A DNA stretch of 64,000 nt, taken from Gaiellales bacterium (GTDB lineage: Bacteria > Actinomycetota > Thermoleophilia > Gaiellales > JAICJC01). The position numbers were made by a program, and so were the translations under genes. Within the stretch, counting starts at the first letter, position 1; every line of letters starts with the position of its first letter. Below, piece by piece: positions 1 through 17,991 of the stretch. Below the pieces are notes generated by a model. The model was not told where the DNA came from and did no database searches. It saw only the letters and a program-made list of their open reading frames with translations. The DNA lies in the NCBI GenBank assembly GCA_035695105.1, contig DASSEV010000004.1, forward strand, positions 21,757-85,756, written 5' to 3'.

Positions 1-1039
1 AGTTGAGCCTGCCCGAGTAGACGCGGAAGTAGGTCAGCTTGCCGACGAACGGGTCTGACATGACCTTGAAGGCGAGCGCCGAGAACGGCGCGTCCAGGCG
101 CGCCTCGCGCTCGGTCGGCTCGCCCGTCTTCGGGTCCGTGCCGGTGACGGCGGGCACGTCGATCGGCGAGGGCAGGTAGTCGATGACAGCGTCGAGCAGC
201 GGCTGGATGCCCTTGTTCTTGAAGGCGCTGCCGAGCACGACGGGCGTGATCGAGATATCCAGCGTGGCGGCGCGGATGGCGGCCTTGAGCTTGTCGGCCT
301 CGATCGGCTCGTCCTCGAGGAAGGCGATCATGATGTCGTCGTCGTGGTCGGCGACGGCCTCGATCAGGTCGTGGCGGTACTGCTCGGCCTGCTCCTTGAG
401 CTCGGACGGCACCTCGTCCTCCTCCCACGTCTGGCCCAGTGGGTCGACGTAGCGGATGGCCTTCATGGTGATCAGGTCGACGTGGCCGATGAACTGATCC
501 TCGGCGCCGATCGGGATCTGGACGGGGACGGGCTTCGCGCCCAGGCGCTCGATCATGGTCTCGATGGCATTGAAGAAGTCGGCGCCGGTGCGGTCCATCT
601 TGTTGATGAACGCGATGCGGGGCACCTGGTACTTGTCGGCCTGGCGCCAGACCGTCTCGGACTGGGGCTGGACGCCGGCCACCGAGTCGAACAGCGCGAC
701 GGCGCCGTCAAGCACGCGCAGCGAGCGCTCGACCTCGACGGTGAAGTCCACGTGCCCGGGCGTGTCGATGATGTTGATGCGGTGGTCGGCCCAGAAGCAT
801 GTGGTGGCAGCCGACGTGATCGTGATACCGCGCTCCTGCTCCTGCACCATCCAGTCCATGGTGGCGGCGCCCTCGTGCACCTCGCCCATCTTGTGGGAGC
901 GGCCGGTGTAGTAGAGGATGCGCTCGGTCGCGGTTGTCTTGCCGGCGTCGATGTGCGCCATGATGCCGATGTTGCGGACGCGGTCGAGCTCGTCCATCTT
1001 CGGCACGCGGCTGCCTGCCTGTGTCTGTGTTACTGCCAT
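1..1039 (-). CDS. fusA: Elongation factor G, 5' portion (gene runs off the window start)
   Basis: Reverse translation from ATG at 1039-1037 reads [36 protein letters not shown]... (GTPase G1 motif AHIDAGKT). It follows rpsL-rpsG as in the str operon. It is absent from the ORF track because the window edge truncates it. Confidence 0.95.
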   Translation of the reverse strand, partial: MAVTQTQAGSRVPKMDELDRVRNIGIMAHIDAGKTTATERILYYTGRSHKMGEVHEGAATMDWMVQEQERGITITSAATTCFWADHRINIIDTPGHVDFTVEVERSLRVLDGAVALFDSVAGVQPQSETVWRQADKYQVPRIAFINKMDRTGADFFNAIETMIERLGAKPVPVQIPIGAEDQFIGHVDLITMKAIRYVDPLGQTWEEDEVPSELKEQAEQYRHDLIEAVADHDDDIMIAFLEDEPIEADKLKAAIRAATLDISITPVVLGSAFKNKGIQPLLDAVIDYLPSPIDVPAVTGTDPKTGEPTEREARLDAPFSALAFKVMSDPFVGKLTYFRVYSGRLN

Positions 1040-1046
1040 AGCGTGA

Positions 1047-1517
1047 TTACCACCGGTAATGGGCGAAGGCCTTGTTGGCCTGCGCCATTCGGTAGATGTC
1101 GTCCTTCTTCTTGTAGGCGCCTCCCTGCTGATTGGAGGCGTCGAGGATCTCGGCGGCGAGCTTCTCGTGCATCTCCTTCTCGCGCCGCTGGCGGGAGAAG
1201 GTGACGAGCCAGCGCACGGCCAGGGTGCGGGCGCGGCGCTGCGGCACCTCGACGGGCACCTGGTAGTTGGCACCGCCGACGCGGCGGGAGCGCACCTCGA
1301 GCACGGGCGTGACCGACTTGATGGCGCGCTCGAGCACCTCAACGGGGCTCTGGCCGGTCTTCTGGCCGACGGACTCGAGGGCCAGGTAGACGATGCGCTC
1401 GGCGCTCGACTTCTTGCCGTCCAGCATCACGCGGTTGATCACCTGGGTGACCAGCGTGGAGTCGTAGACCGGGTCGCGCAGGAGGGCGCGCGGTGTGATC
1501 TCGGCACGACGGGGCAT
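1047..1517 (-). CDS. rpsG: 30S ribosomal protein S7
   Basis: 156 aa, [20 protein letters not shown]...KAFAHYRW. This is the C-terminal part of track ORF 1047..2072. ATG at 1517. Confidence 0.97.
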   Translation of the reverse strand: MPRRAEITPRALLRDPVYDSTLVTQVINRVMLDGKKSSAERIVYLALESVGQKTGQSPVEVLERAIKSVTPVLEVRSRRVGGANYQVPVEVPQRRARTLAVRWLVTFSRQRREKEMHEKLAAEILDASNQQGGAYKKKDDIYRMAQANKAFAHYRW

Positions 1518-1891
1518 CAGCCGCCACCCCGCTTCGCGCCGTACTTGGAACGAGCCTGCTTGCGGTCGTTGACGCCCGAGGTGTCGAGCGCGGCGCGGAT
1601 GATCTTGTAGCGCACGCCCGGCAGGTCCTTGACGCGGCCGCCGCGGATCAGCACGACAGAGTGCTCCTGCAGGTTGTGGCCGACGCCGGGGATGTAGGCG
1701 GTGACCTCCATGCCATTGGTGAGGCGCACACGGGCGACCTTGCGAAGGGCCGAATTCGGCTTCTTCGGGGTCACGGTGTAGACGCGCGTGCAGACGCCGC
1801 GCTTCTGCGGAGCTCCGCGCAGCGCGGGGGTCTTGGTCTTCCCGACCGCCTGCGTGCGCGGGCGGCGGACAAGCTGATTGATCGTGGGCAT
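1517..1891 (-). CDS. rpsL: 30S ribosomal protein S12
   Basis: 124 aa, [14 protein letters not shown]...[20 protein letters not shown]..., inside track ORF 1517..2035. ATG at 1891. Confidence 0.97.
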   Translation of the reverse strand: MPTINQLVRRPRTQAVGKTKTPALRGAPQKRGVCTRVYTVTPKKPNSALRKVARVRLTNGMEVTAYIPGVGHNLQEHSVVLIRGGRVKDLPGVRYKIIRAALDTSGVNDRKQARSKYGAKRGGG

Positions 1892-1956
1892 ACCGGGGAC
1901 AGGCTCTTCCGTTCGAAGGCAAAAAGAGAGCAGCCCGAAACGGGCCGCGACCGTGG

Positions 1957-1984
1957 ACTCTAGCACAGGCATGCCGGTGAGCAA
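1957..1984 (-). promoter_or_regulatory. Putative sigma-70-type promoter of rpsL-rpsG-fusA
   Basis: On the minus strand: TTGCTC (1984-1979), 16-nt spacer, TAGAGT (1962-1957), about 60 nt upstream of the rpsL ATG. Motif match by eye only. Confidence 0.35.
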
Positions 1985-2096
1985 GCGGTATCCAGAGCCG
2001 TGAAAAGGTTCGCCAAGCGAGTCGAATCTTCTCACGCCGTATCGTAACGAGCGATCCTCGATGAGGTCTCATCGCCAGCGTCCGAAAGAGGCCCCA

Positions 2097-2120
2097 AACC
2101 GCCTCAGAGGCAGTGCCGGA
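2097..2120 (+). repeat. REP-like repeat, copy 1 (core GCCTCAGAGGCAGTG)
   Basis: AACCGCCTCAGAGGCAGTGCCGGA. The 15-nt core at 2101-2115 is identical to 2211-2225. The core contains the palindrome GCCTC-A-GAGGC. It lies upstream of the RAYT-like gene. Confidence 0.5.
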
Positions 2121-2206
2121 CGGCGACGGTCCGCCGTGACGATCTTGGAGCTGGAGGCAGACAACCGTGGCAAGTACACGGCTCGAGGCGTCCGATATCA
2201 GCCCGA

Positions 2207-2230
2207 AAACGCCTCAGAGGCAGTGTCCGG
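2207..2230 (+). repeat. REP-like repeat, copy 2
   Basis: AAACGCCTCAGAGGCAGTGTCCGG. Direct repeat of copy 1, 110 bp downstream. Confidence 0.5.
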
Positions 2231-2305
2231 CCCGCGAGGCAGGTTGTTGGGGAACTGCTGCGGTTCGTCACGCCGTTGTTATGTGCGTTTCCGTACGGTT
2301 TCCGC

Positions 2306-2879
2306 ATGGCTTCCCCACGACGCAAGGACTATGCCGGGGCGATCCACCATGTCGCTGTCAACGGCAACAACCATCAGCCCATGTTCCTCGACGATCAGGA
2401 TCGCCGTCACTGCCTGTTCCTACTGGGCGAAAGCGCGCAGCGCTACGGATGGCATGTCTGGGCCTACTGCCAGCTGGACACCCATTGGCACATGGTCGTT
2501 CGCACGCCGGATAGGACGCTCTCCAACGGGATGAGGCGACTCAACAGCTGTTATTCGATCGCGTTCAATCAACGGCACGGGCGGAGCGGCCACTCGCTCC
2601 GGCACCGGTTCATGTCGGTCACGGTGGAGACGCAGGGCCATCTGAAAGAGCTCACCAGGTACCTACCCCTCAACCCCGTCCGCGCCGGGCTTTGCACCGA
2701 TCCGGAGGCCTGGCCTTGGTCGAGCTACCGGCACGATCTCGGCATGACGGAGCCGCCACCATGGATGGTGGACGGCTGGACCACGTACGCCCATCGCTCG
2801 GTGGATCGCCTCCGTGACTACGTGGCGGAGGGGATGGCGGAGCGGGACGCCCAGTGGGCGCCCGGCTCCGATCCCACGC

Positions 2880-2905
<26 letters not shown>
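2306..2905 (+). CDS. REP-associated tyrosine transposase-like protein (RAYT / IS200-like Y1 HUH transposase family)
   Basis: Track ORF 2276..2905; likely start is [16 protein letters not shown] at 2306. HUH motif in THWHMVV. Catalytic-Tyr context [18 protein letters not shown]. Also [11 protein letters not shown]. The 3' end overlaps the rpoC stop convergently by 26 nt. Confidence 0.8.
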
Positions 2906-7397
<4,492 letters not shown>

Positions 7398-7452
7398 CGG
7401 GGTGTCTCCTCACTCTGAGAGTGTGTGATGTTCGAAGCGGTGTGTGGGGCGG

Positions 7453-11058
<3,606 letters not shown>

Positions 11059-11215
11059 AGCAAAGCCTCCCGGCAGGGCTCGAAGGGGAATCAGGCGGGT
11101 CGGATCCGGACCAAGGGCGCAACCGAGAACCCTAGCAGGGGGCGATTGCTCACGCAAACAGGGTAGGTCGACCCCACCCGCGGGATGGGCGTCCGCTGAC
11201 GGGGTACCTGGGGTC

Positions 11216-11243
11216 ACTATACCCCATCGCCTCCGGCGGTCAA
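11216..11243 (-). promoter_or_regulatory. Putative strong sigma-70-type promoter upstream of rpoB
   Basis: Minus strand: TTGACC (11243-11238), 16 nt, TATAGT (11221-11216). This implies a ~150-nt leader before the rpoB TTG. Confidence 0.4.
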
Positions 11244-11306
11244 GTGGCGGATCTCCGCTCGGAGAACGGGATCCACCGCCCTCGGCTGATGCCTACTCTG
11301 ACAACG

Positions 11307-12587
11307 TCAGCTGAACTTCCACGACCCGCCCTTGGCGTACGCATGCGCCTCGCCGACCACGGTCGCGAACGACACGCCGAGTGCATGCTGGAACGCGCGG
11401 CGCACGTCGTCGGCGGTGATGTGGCTGCCCGTGTGGCCGAACGCCCGGCCCAGCCGGCGCAGCGCGGGCGCGCCGCCGTGGCGGGTGAGGATCACGTGCA
11501 CCATCGCGAGCGCATCCTGGCCGGCCAGCTGCTGCGCCGCGCCGTTCAGGCCCCACAGCGGCTCCCGCATCGTCCAGCGATCGAGCGTGGGGTAGCCCGG
11601 GTACGCCGCCGCGATCCGGTCGAGCGGCAGTCCGTACCCGCGGCTGTTCAGGTAGCGGTTCTGCTCGTACGCGTCGACTCCCGCCCGCAGGCTGGTGGGA
11701 GCGTGCCGGAGCGACGGCGCCGTTGCCAGATGTGTCATCAGAGCCGTGATCACGGCTCCCCGGCTGATCGGGTCGATCCGCCGGTACTGGTTCAGGAAGA
11801 CGAACGCGAACGGGCCCGCCACTGAGCCGGCGGGCAGCACCTGGCCAGCATCGCGGCCGAGCAGCTGGTCGGCCTGCGCGGCATCGTTCACCGCGAGGAT
11901 CAGCGGATGCGCCGCCGCAGCGCCTCCGCCGTACGTCCCGTGCAGGTCGGGGGCCGCGGCGTCCGCCAGCTTCCGGATCTCGGCCGCCTGCCGGCGGGCG
12001 CCGGCACCGAACACGACCGCCGCGCTCGTCCCCCGCAGCACCCTGGGATCCTGCAGCACTACCAGACCGCTCGGCTGCGCGGCCACGCTCGGGTCGGCCG
12101 TGACGTCGTCGGCCACGCGCCACCGCCCGTGAGCGGGAGCCAGCAGCAGCACCCGCGTGCCGAGCGGCAGCACGTCCGGGGCCGGCGTACCGGCCAGCCG
12201 ACCCCGCAGTGCAACGGCGACGGCACGGTCGTCGGCCGGCGCGGAGGACGGCCGCGCCGACGGCGAGGCATCGCCCGCGGCCCGGGCAACCGGGATGGCA
12301 TGGAGCCATCGCGCCAGCTGCTCGAGGCGCTGCCCGGCGCCGGCGCCGGCGGGCGCCGCCAGCGCGTCGGCCGTCGCGGCATCGCCCTCGGCCAGCGCCG
12401 TCAGGTAGCGGCGGGCGACCGACAGCGCCGCGCGAGCCGTGGGCACGTTCGGGGACTGCAGAGGCGGAGCCGAGGACGCGGGCGGAGCCGGACGCGAACC
12501 CGACGAGGCTGCCTGTGACCCGCTGCAGCCGGCGGCGAGGAGCGCTGCGGCGGCCAGCCACGCAACCGCCTTGCGGCGCACGGGCAC
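11307..12587 (-). CDS. Putative lipoprotein of unknown function
   Basis: Track ORF 11307..12587, MPVRRKAVAWLAAAALLAAGCSGS..., with signal peptide plus lipobox LAAGC. GTG start 1 nt after the upstream stop, with a GAGGTG RBS. I recognise no family. Confidence 0.7.
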   Translation of the reverse strand: MPVRRKAVAWLAAAALLAAGCSGSQAASSGSRPAPPASSAPPLQSPNVPTARAALSVARRYLTALAEGDAATADALAAPAGAGAGQRLEQLARWLHAIPVARAAGDASPSARPSSAPADDRAVAVALRGRLAGTPAPDVLPLGTRVLLLAPAHGRWRVADDVTADPSVAAQPSGLVVLQDPRVLRGTSAAVVFGAGARRQAAEIRKLADAAAPDLHGTYGGGAAAAHPLILAVNDAAQADQLLGRDAGQVLPAGSVAGPFAFVFLNQYRRIDPISRGAVITALMTHLATAPSLRHAPTSLRAGVDAYEQNRYLNSRGYGLPLDRIAAAYPGYPTLDRWTMREPLWGLNGAAQQLAGQDALAMVHVILTRHGGAPALRRLGRAFGHTGSHITADDVRRAFQHALGVSFATVVGEAHAYAKGGSWKFS

Positions 12588-12588
12588 C

Positions 12589-13254
12589 TCAGTCGTCGGC
12601 GTCGAAGACGCGGCGCACGGTGCGCAGCCGCTTCTTCAGATCAGCCGGGTGCTTCTCCTGCACGACCTTGCCGTGGTCGCTGGTGGCGTGCACGATCTCC
12701 CCGCCCTCGAGCGCCACAGCGATGTGGTCGCCGTAGCAGAGCAGATCGCCGGGCTGCGCGGAGCGCAGCGACACCTCGTGGCCGGCCTCCTCCTGCTGGT
12801 TGGCGTTGCGCGGCAGCAGCATGCCGAAGCGCCGGTGGATCGCCTGCACCAGCCCGGAGCAGTCGATGCCCTCGACCGTCAGCCCGCCCCACTCGTACGG
12901 CGCGCCCAGGAACATCAGCGCCGCCTCGGCGATCGCTTCGCCGCTGGCCTTTCGCCGCGCCGCGGCGAGCGGCTCGGTGCGCAGACCGGGTGCCGGCAGC
13001 CAGGTGCCCATGTACCGGTCTGCGGCCTGCGGGACCACCACCACGTGCGCGCGATCCTTCGGCAGCGGCTCGCCCAGCGCCTCCGCCTCGAGGTAGCCCT
13101 CGTAGCCGTCGGCCAGCTGAACGCGCACCCAGCCGTCCCTGCGCTCGACCACGTCGACGGGGTCGGCGAAGAGGGCCTGCGTGTGCTGCTCTGCCGAGGC
13201 CTTGGGCTTGTCGCGCAGGGGCGCGAACGGACGGATGATGGAAGCCTTGTCCAC
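12589..13254 (-). CDS. NlpC/P60 (C40) family cell-wall peptidase with N-terminal SH3-like region
   Basis: Track ORF 221 aa. Contains YEWGGLTVEGIDCSGLVQAIHRRFG (catalytic Cys context) and later GDHIAVAL..IVHATS (His). Confidence 0.85.
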   Translation of the reverse strand: MDKASIIRPFAPLRDKPKASAEQHTQALFADPVDVVERRDGWVRVQLADGYEGYLEAEALGEPLPKDRAHVVVVPQAADRYMGTWLPAPGLRTEPLAAARRKASGEAIAEAALMFLGAPYEWGGLTVEGIDCSGLVQAIHRRFGMLLPRNANQQEEAGHEVSLRSAQPGDLLCYGDHIAVALEGGEIVHATSDHGKVVQEKHPADLKKRLRTVRRVFDADD

Positions 13255-13266
13255 AGGGGAAGTTTA

Positions 13267-13335
13267 CCGGCGGCCGGGTGGTCGCCGCCGGGAGAACAGG
13301 CCGCAGCGCCCGGGCGGTGCCGCGGGCGCTGCGGC
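13267..13335 (-). terminator. Two tandem GC-rich hairpins downstream of rplL (terminator/attenuator candidate)
   Basis: Hairpin 1: 13-bp perfect stem GCCGCAGCGCCCG / CGGGCGCTGCGGC (13300-13312 / 13323-13335). Hairpin 2: 8-bp stem CCGGCGGC / GCCGCCGG (13267-13274 / 13284-13291). No clear U-tract. Confidence 0.5.
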
Positions 13336-13348
13336 GGAGTCACCGGTG

Positions 13349-13750
13349 CTACTTCAGCTCGACGGTGGCGCCGGCCTCCTCGAGCTTGGCCTTCATCTGC
13401 TCGGCCTCGTCCTTCGCCGCGCCCTCCTTCACGGGCTTCGGCGCCTCGTCGGCGACCGCCTTGGCCTCCTTCAGGCCGAGCCCGGTCAGCTCGCGAATGA
13501 CCTTGATCACCTGGATCTTCTTGTCGCCGGCCGCGGTCAGCACGACGTCGAAGGAGTCCTTCTCCTCATCGCCACCGCCGCCCTCACCGCCGCCGCCGCC
13601 AGCGGGAGCACCCGCGGCGACCATCACGGGAGCGGCCGCCGCGGCGGTCACGTCCCACTCCTCCTCGAGCGCCTTCTTCAGCTCGACCAGCTCGAGCACG
13701 GAGAGCTTGTTCAGCTCCTTCACGATGTCTTCGACAGCCATCTCAGTCAT
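13349..13750 (-). CDS. rplL: 50S ribosomal protein L7/L12
   Basis: Track ORF 133 aa, ...[31 protein letters not shown]... Confidence 0.97.
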   Translation of the reverse strand: MTEMAVEDIVKELNKLSVLELVELKKALEEEWDVTAAAAAPVMVAAGAPAGGGGGEGGGGDEEKDSFDVVLTAAGDKKIQVIKVIRELTGLGLKEAKAVADEAPKPVKEGAAKDEAEQMKAKLEEAGATVELK

Positions 13751-13760
13751 TCCCTTCGTT

Positions 13761-14294
13761 CTAGGCAGCAGCCTCTGCCTCTTGTCGTTTCGCTATGTAC
13801 GCATCGAGCACAGCCACGATGTCTCGCAGCGGCGCGTTGAGGACGCCGACGGTCGCCTGCGGCCCGGCCGCAAGCGCGCCGACCACCTGGGACAGCAGCA
13901 CCGGGCGCGGCGGCAGGTCGCCCAGATCGCGGATCTGGTCGGCCGACAGCGTGTGGCCGTTCATGACGCCACCCTTGACCGCCAGGATGCGAGTGGTGCG
14001 GGCCACCTCGGACAGCTTCTTCGCCGTCGCCGCGGGGTCGTCCTCGATGAACGCGATCGCCGTCGGCCCCTCCAGGAACTCGAGCAGCGTTGGTCGTTCG
14101 GCCTGCTCCGCCGCCAGCCTCGCCAGCGTGTTCTTGGCCACGTGGAACGACGCGCCCGCCTCGCGGAGGGCGTTTCGGATCTCGGCCGTCTGGGTCACCG
14201 TCAGGCCGCGATAGTCGGTCACGATCAGCGCCTTGGACTCCTTGATCTGGGTCACCAGGCGCTCGACCACCTCGCGTTTCTCGTCTCGGTTCAT
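13761..14294 (-). CDS. rplJ: 50S ribosomal protein L10
   Basis: Track ORF 177 aa, [33 protein letters not shown]... RBS GGAGGTGAGCAC precedes the ATG. Confidence 0.96.
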   Translation of the reverse strand: MNRDEKREVVERLVTQIKESKALIVTDYRGLTVTQTAEIRNALREAGASFHVAKNTLARLAAEQAERPTLLEFLEGPTAIAFIEDDPAATAKKLSEVARTTRILAVKGGVMNGHTLSADQIRDLGDLPPRPVLLSQVVGALAAGPQATVGVLNAPLRDIVAVLDAYIAKRQEAEAAA

Positions 14295-14449
14295 GTGCTC
14301 ACCTCCTCTCGCTCCTCAGCGTCCGCTCGGTCGGCGGGCGCAGGCGGAGCGAGAGCTCCAAGACTGGCCGGCCTCGGTCGGGTGGTGGTTTGAGCCTCTC
14401 GGCCCCGACGGTCTCTGGCGCGGTACGCGGTGTTGTGTCTCGAAAGATC
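14295..14449 (-). promoter_or_regulatory. rplJ 5' leader (possible L10(L12)4 autoregulatory leader)
   Basis: 155-nt non-coding spacer between rplA and rplJ. The position is that of the known L10 leader. I could not verify the structure by eye. Confidence 0.3.
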
Positions 14450-15169
14450 CTACGCGACGGCCGCGGCCGGCTCCTCCATCAGGTCTCGCACCTTGGTCGT
14501 GTCCAGCTTCAGCCCGGGGCTCATCGTGGACGCGATCGTGATCGACTTGAGGTACCGCCCCTTCGCGGCCGACGGCTTCGCGCGGAGCACCTCCTCGAGC
14601 ACGGCCTGGTAGTTCTCGACCAGGGCGCGCTCGTCGAACGACTTCTTGCCGAGCGCCACGTGGATGATGCCGGTGCGGTCGGTGCGGTACTCGATCTTGC
14701 CCGACTTGACATCGCCGACGGCCTTCCCGATGTCGAACGTGATGGTGCCGGCCTTGGGGCTCGGCATCTTGCCCTGCGGGCCGAGGATGCGGCCCAGCCG
14801 GCCGACGGTGCCCATCATGTCGGGCGTGGCGATGGCGACGTCGAACTCCGTCCAGCCCTCGCTGATCCGGGACGCCAGGTCGTCGCCGCCGACGAAGTCT
14901 GCGCCGGCCTCCTCGGCCTCCTTCGCCTTCTCACCCTGCGCGAACACGGCGACGGTGACCGACTTGCCGAGACCGTGGGGCAGGAACAGCGTCCCGCGCA
15001 GCTGCTGGTCGGCGTGGCGGACGTTGACGCCCAGGCGCATGTGCACCTCGACCGTCTCGTCGAACTTCGCGGTCTCGAGCGACTTCAGCGTCCGCACCGC
15101 CTCGAGCGGGCTGTAGAGCTTCTCGCGGTCGATCGCCTCCCGCGCAGTGCTGTAGCGCTTGCCTGACAT
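14450..15169 (-). CDS. rplA: 50S ribosomal protein L1
   Basis: 239 aa, [25 protein letters not shown]..., the C-terminal part of track ORF 14450..15643. ATG at 15169 overlaps the rplK stop (ATGA). Confidence 0.96.
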   Translation of the reverse strand: MSGKRYSTAREAIDREKLYSPLEAVRTLKSLETAKFDETVEVHMRLGVNVRHADQQLRGTLFLPHGLGKSVTVAVFAQGEKAKEAEEAGADFVGGDDLASRISEGWTEFDVAIATPDMMGTVGRLGRILGPQGKMPSPKAGTITFDIGKAVGDVKSGKIEYRTDRTGIIHVALGKKSFDERALVENYQAVLEEVLRAKPSAAKGRYLKSITIASTMSPGLKLDTTKVRDLMEEPAAAVA

Positions 15170-15597
15170 CAGCTCCCCACCTCCACGCCCATCGAGCGGG
15201 CGGTGCCGGCGACGATCTTCATCGCGGCGTCGACGTCGTTGGCGTTCAGGTCGGGCATCTTCCTCTCCGCGATCGCCCGCAGCTGATCCTGGGAGATCCT
15301 GCCGACCTTCGTCCGGTTCGGCTCGCCCGAGCCCGACTGGAGGTTCAGCGCCTCCTTGATCAGGACCGCGGCCGGCGGCGTCTTGGTGATGAACGTGAAC
15401 GAACGGTCCTCGTAGACGCTGATCTCGACCGGCGTGATCTGCCCCGCGTTCGGGCCCTGCGTCTGGGCGTTGAACGCCTTGCAGAAGTCCATGATGTTGA
15501 CGCCGTGCTGGCCCAGCGCGGGGCCGACCGGCGGTGCCGGATTCGCCTGCCCGGCCGGGATCTGGAGCTTGATGATCTTGATGACCTTCTTGGCCAT
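15169..15597 (-). CDS. rplK: 50S ribosomal protein L11
   Basis: Track ORF 142 aa, [36 protein letters not shown]... Confidence 0.97.
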   Translation of the reverse strand: MAKKVIKIIKLQIPAGQANPAPPVGPALGQHGVNIMDFCKAFNAQTQGPNAGQITPVEISVYEDRSFTFITKTPPAAVLIKEALNLQSGSGEPNRTKVGRISQDQLRAIAERKMPDLNANDVDAAMKIVAGTARSMGVEVGS

Positions 15598-15662
15598 CGG
15601 CTACCTCCTGAGTGGTGCGAACGCCGGCGGGGCCGGCTCCCACGATCGTGAGTGTGATGAAG

Positions 15663-16187
15663 CTAGATCTTCTTGACCTTGTCGAACTCGAGCTCGACCG
15701 GCACCTGCCGCTCGAAGATCGATACGAGCACCTTGAGCTTGCCCTGGTCCTCGTTGATCTCGGCGATCTCGCCGTCGAAGTCCGACAGCGGGCCTGAGAT
15801 GACCTTGACGCTCTCGCCCAGCGAGAACTCCGCGCGCTGCTTCGGCGCCGGCGCCGCCTGCGCGGTGTGGAGCATGCGATCGACCTCGGGCTGCGACAGC
15901 GGCACGGGCTTGTTCTGCGCGCCCACGAAGCCGGTTACGCCGGGGGTGTTCTTGACCAGCGTCCATGCCTCGTCGGTGAGGTCCATGTTCACCAGCACGT
16001 AGCCGGGCCAGAGCCGTCGCTCGGTCTGCACCTTCTGGCCGTCCTTGGTCTCGACGACGGACTCGGTGGGGACGACGACGCGGCGCACCGTCATCTCCTG
16101 GTTCATCGACTTGACCCGGTGCTCGAGGTTGGCCTTGACCTTGTTCTCGTGGCCGGAATAGGTGTTGATCACGTACCAGCGAAACAT
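15663..16187 (-). CDS. nusG: Transcription termination/antitermination factor NusG
   Basis: Track ORF 174 aa, MFRWYVINTYSGHENKVK..., with a KOW region ...GESVKVISGPLSDFDGEIAEI. Confidence 0.96.
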   Translation of the reverse strand: MFRWYVINTYSGHENKVKANLEHRVKSMNQEMTVRRVVVPTESVVETKDGQKVQTERRLWPGYVLVNMDLTDEAWTLVKNTPGVTGFVGAQNKPVPLSQPEVDRMLHTAQAAPAPKQRAEFSLGESVKVISGPLSDFDGEIAEINEDQGKLKVLVSIFERQVPVELEFDKVKKI

Positions 16188-16197
16188 GTGCGCTCCG

Positions 16198-16506
16198 TCA
16201 TTTCTGGAGTGAGACGAGATGATCGACGAGGCGCGCGAACACCTGGTCGAGGCCGTACAGGTAGAGGCCGACGAGGATGCAGGCGCCGATCACGACCGAG
16301 GTCGACTGCCAGGTCTGCTGGCGGTTCGGGAAGTCGACCTTCGCCAGCTCTCCGCGCACCTCGCCCGTGAAGTTCCGAACGCCCGAGAAGAACCCGCGCT
16401 TGCGCTGGACCGGCTCGCCACCTGACTGGCTCTTCGGCTTGCCGGCCAGCGGAGCGGTGACGCTCCGCCGCCCCGCAGGCTGCTGCTGACGGCTCCGTCG
16501 TGCCAT
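16198..16506 (-). CDS. secE: Preprotein translocase subunit SecE
   Basis: Track ORF 16198..16554. The likely start is MARRSRQQQ at 16506. Contains FFSGVRNFTGEVRGELAKVDFPNRQQT and one TM helix. The start is uncertain. Confidence 0.88.
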   Translation of the reverse strand: MARRSRQQQPAGRRSVTAPLAGKPKSQSGGEPVQRKRGFFSGVRNFTGEVRGELAKVDFPNRQQTWQSTSVVIGACILVGLYLYGLDQVFARLVDHLVSLQK

Positions 16507-16514
16507 CGGCTCGC

Positions 16515-16676
16515 TTAGCGCGTCTCCTTGTGCGGCGTGTGCTTTCCGCACCACCGGCAGTACTTGGAGAACTCGATCCTGTCAGGCGAGTTGCGCTTGG
16601 ATTTGTTCGTCTGATAGTTGCGGCGCTTGCACTCCTGGCAAGCGAGCGTCACGAGGACTCGGACACCTGTGGCCAC
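16515..16676 (-). CDS. rpmG: 50S ribosomal protein L33 (Cys4 zinc-ribbon form)
   Basis: Track ORF 16515..16703. GTG at 16676 is preceded by GAGAGGG and gives (M)[20 protein letters not shown]...[14 protein letters not shown]. Confidence 0.92.
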   Translation of the reverse strand: MATGVRVLVTLACQECKRRNYQTNKSKRNSPDRIEFSKYCRWCGKHTPHKETR

Positions 16677-16825
16677 GGATAACCCTCTCGTCGGTTGAGC
16701 CAACGGACGGTATCACAGGGCCTCGCGGCCTCGGCCCGGTCTGAACGACCCACCGACGTGTGACCGTCACCAAGAACGATAGCGGCTGTCCCTCGTTGTC
16801 ACAGCTGACAGCGCAGCCGCAGCCG

Positions 16826-17353
16826 TCAACCGGCCGAGAGGGCGGCGAGCTTCTCGACCGTGTTCCAGTTCCGGGCGGTTCCCACCACTCCCAGCGAGCG
16901 TTCAATGGCCGGCAGGGTCAGCCGGGCGCGGTGCACGCCCTCCGGCCACCAGACGTAGAGCTCGCGCCCGTGCAGCCGGAACAGCTCCGGGTCGTACGCC
17001 TTCGCGTCAAGTGCTGCGGCCCGCGAGGCGGCCGGCTTCTCGGAGAGGAAGACCACGTGATGGCGCTTCGGATCTGACGCGTGCTCGGCCAGCGGGTTCC
17101 GGCGCACGACCGCCGCCATCTGGCGAGCCGTGCGGACGGCCACGGGGATCTCGAGGCCGGTGGCCTCGAGCAGCGCCCGCTCGATCCGCCGCTCGCTCGT
17201 CGCCGCCGCATCCGTCCCCCGATACACGGCGTTGCCGCTCTGCAGCAGGGTCTCGACGTCCTCATACCCGAGCCGCTCGAGGCAGGCGCGGAGGTCGGCC
17301 ATGGCGACGCGGCGCGACGCCCCGAGGTTGATGCCGCGCAGCAGTGCGACCAT
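16826..17353 (-). CDS. DUF1697 family protein
   Basis: 175 aa, MVALLRGINLGASRRVAMADLRACLERLGYEDVETLLQSGNAVY..., the C-terminal part of track ORF 16826..17545. Confidence 0.8.
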   Translation of the reverse strand: MVALLRGINLGASRRVAMADLRACLERLGYEDVETLLQSGNAVYRGTDAAATSERRIERALLEATGLEIPVAVRTARQMAAVVRRNPLAEHASDPKRHHVVFLSEKPAASRAAALDAKAYDPELFRLHGRELYVWWPEGVHRARLTLPAIERSLGVVGTARNWNTVEKLAALSAG

Positions 17354-17358
17354 CCGGC

Positions 17359-17991
17359 TCACGGTGTATACGGTGCCACACCGGCGCTCGGGTGCAGCAG
17401 CGGCAGGTCCGACCGCCAGCTGCTGCGAAGCAGCTCGAGCAGCGACGGCGGGGTCAGGACGTGGTGCGGCCCCGTCCTGATCGACGCAGCCTCGCCGTAA
17501 CCGGCCGGCGTCCATCGCCGGAGCACGCCCGCGATCACCATCCATGCGTCTCCTTCAAGGACAACACAGGCTCCATCCGGCAGGCGCCCGCCATCCACGA
17601 CATGCAGGCGGCGCGCCGGCCCCGCGAGCCGCTCGCCGTGCAGGCGCGTGTCGATCGAGTCGGCCGTCGGACGCTCGTCATGCAGGCGGGCCCACATGTC
17701 CGTGAGGGCGGTGTAGTCGGTGCGCCGGCACAGCGCGCACGGCCGGTGACCGGCCGCGAGCGCCGTGGCATCGTCGAGAAAGAACAGCTCGGTGAACCGG
17801 CCGGGCTGCATCAGCGGCCCGCGGTGCCATCCGCGGAACTCCAGGCGGCATGCGATCCACCGGCGCGTCGCGTGCCGGCGTCGCAGGCGACCGCTCGCAT
17901 CGTGCAGGCAGCCGCGGTTGCCGTAGACCAGCCCACGGGCCGGATCGGCGATCAGTGCGCCGAACGGCGTCACCCGGTTCTGCAGCGTCAC
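17359..17991 (-). CDS. Conserved hypothetical protein (Cys-containing, family not named)
   Basis: Track ORF 17359..18042. GTG at 17991 overlaps the upstream stop (GTGA). Reads VTLQNRVTPFGALIADPARGLVYGNRGCLHD...AAGHRPCALCRR. Confidence 0.65.
   Translation of the reverse strand: MTLQNRVTPFGALIADPARGLVYGNRGCLHDASGRLRRRHATRRWIACRLEFRGWHRGPLMQPGRFTELFFLDDATALAAGHRPCALCRRTDYTALTDMWARLHDERPTADSIDTRLHGERLAGPARRLHVVDGGRLPDGACVVLEGDAWMVIAGVLRRWTPAGYGEAASIRTGPHHVLTPPSLLELLRSSWRSDLPLLHPSAGVAPYTP

Noticed and set aside
11293-12561. Alternative 422-aa frame overlapping the lipoprotein gene.
   Set aside because: It is an Arg/Gly/Ala-rich off-frame product. The 11307..12587 frame has a signal peptide, a lipobox and ordinary composition.
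13255-13348. Possible ydaO-type c-di-AMP riboswitch upstream of the NlpC/P60 gene, a common association in Actinobacteria.
   Set aside because: The spacer is only 94 nt and is fully accounted for by two simple terminator-like hairpins. That is too short for the ~130-nt pseudo-symmetric motif.
16507-16825. A tRNA gene (tRNA-Trp or others), often found next to rpmG/secE.
   Set aside because: The rpmG-secE gap is 8 nt. The 120 nt upstream of rpmG shows no cloverleaf or T-loop (GTTCGA) signature.
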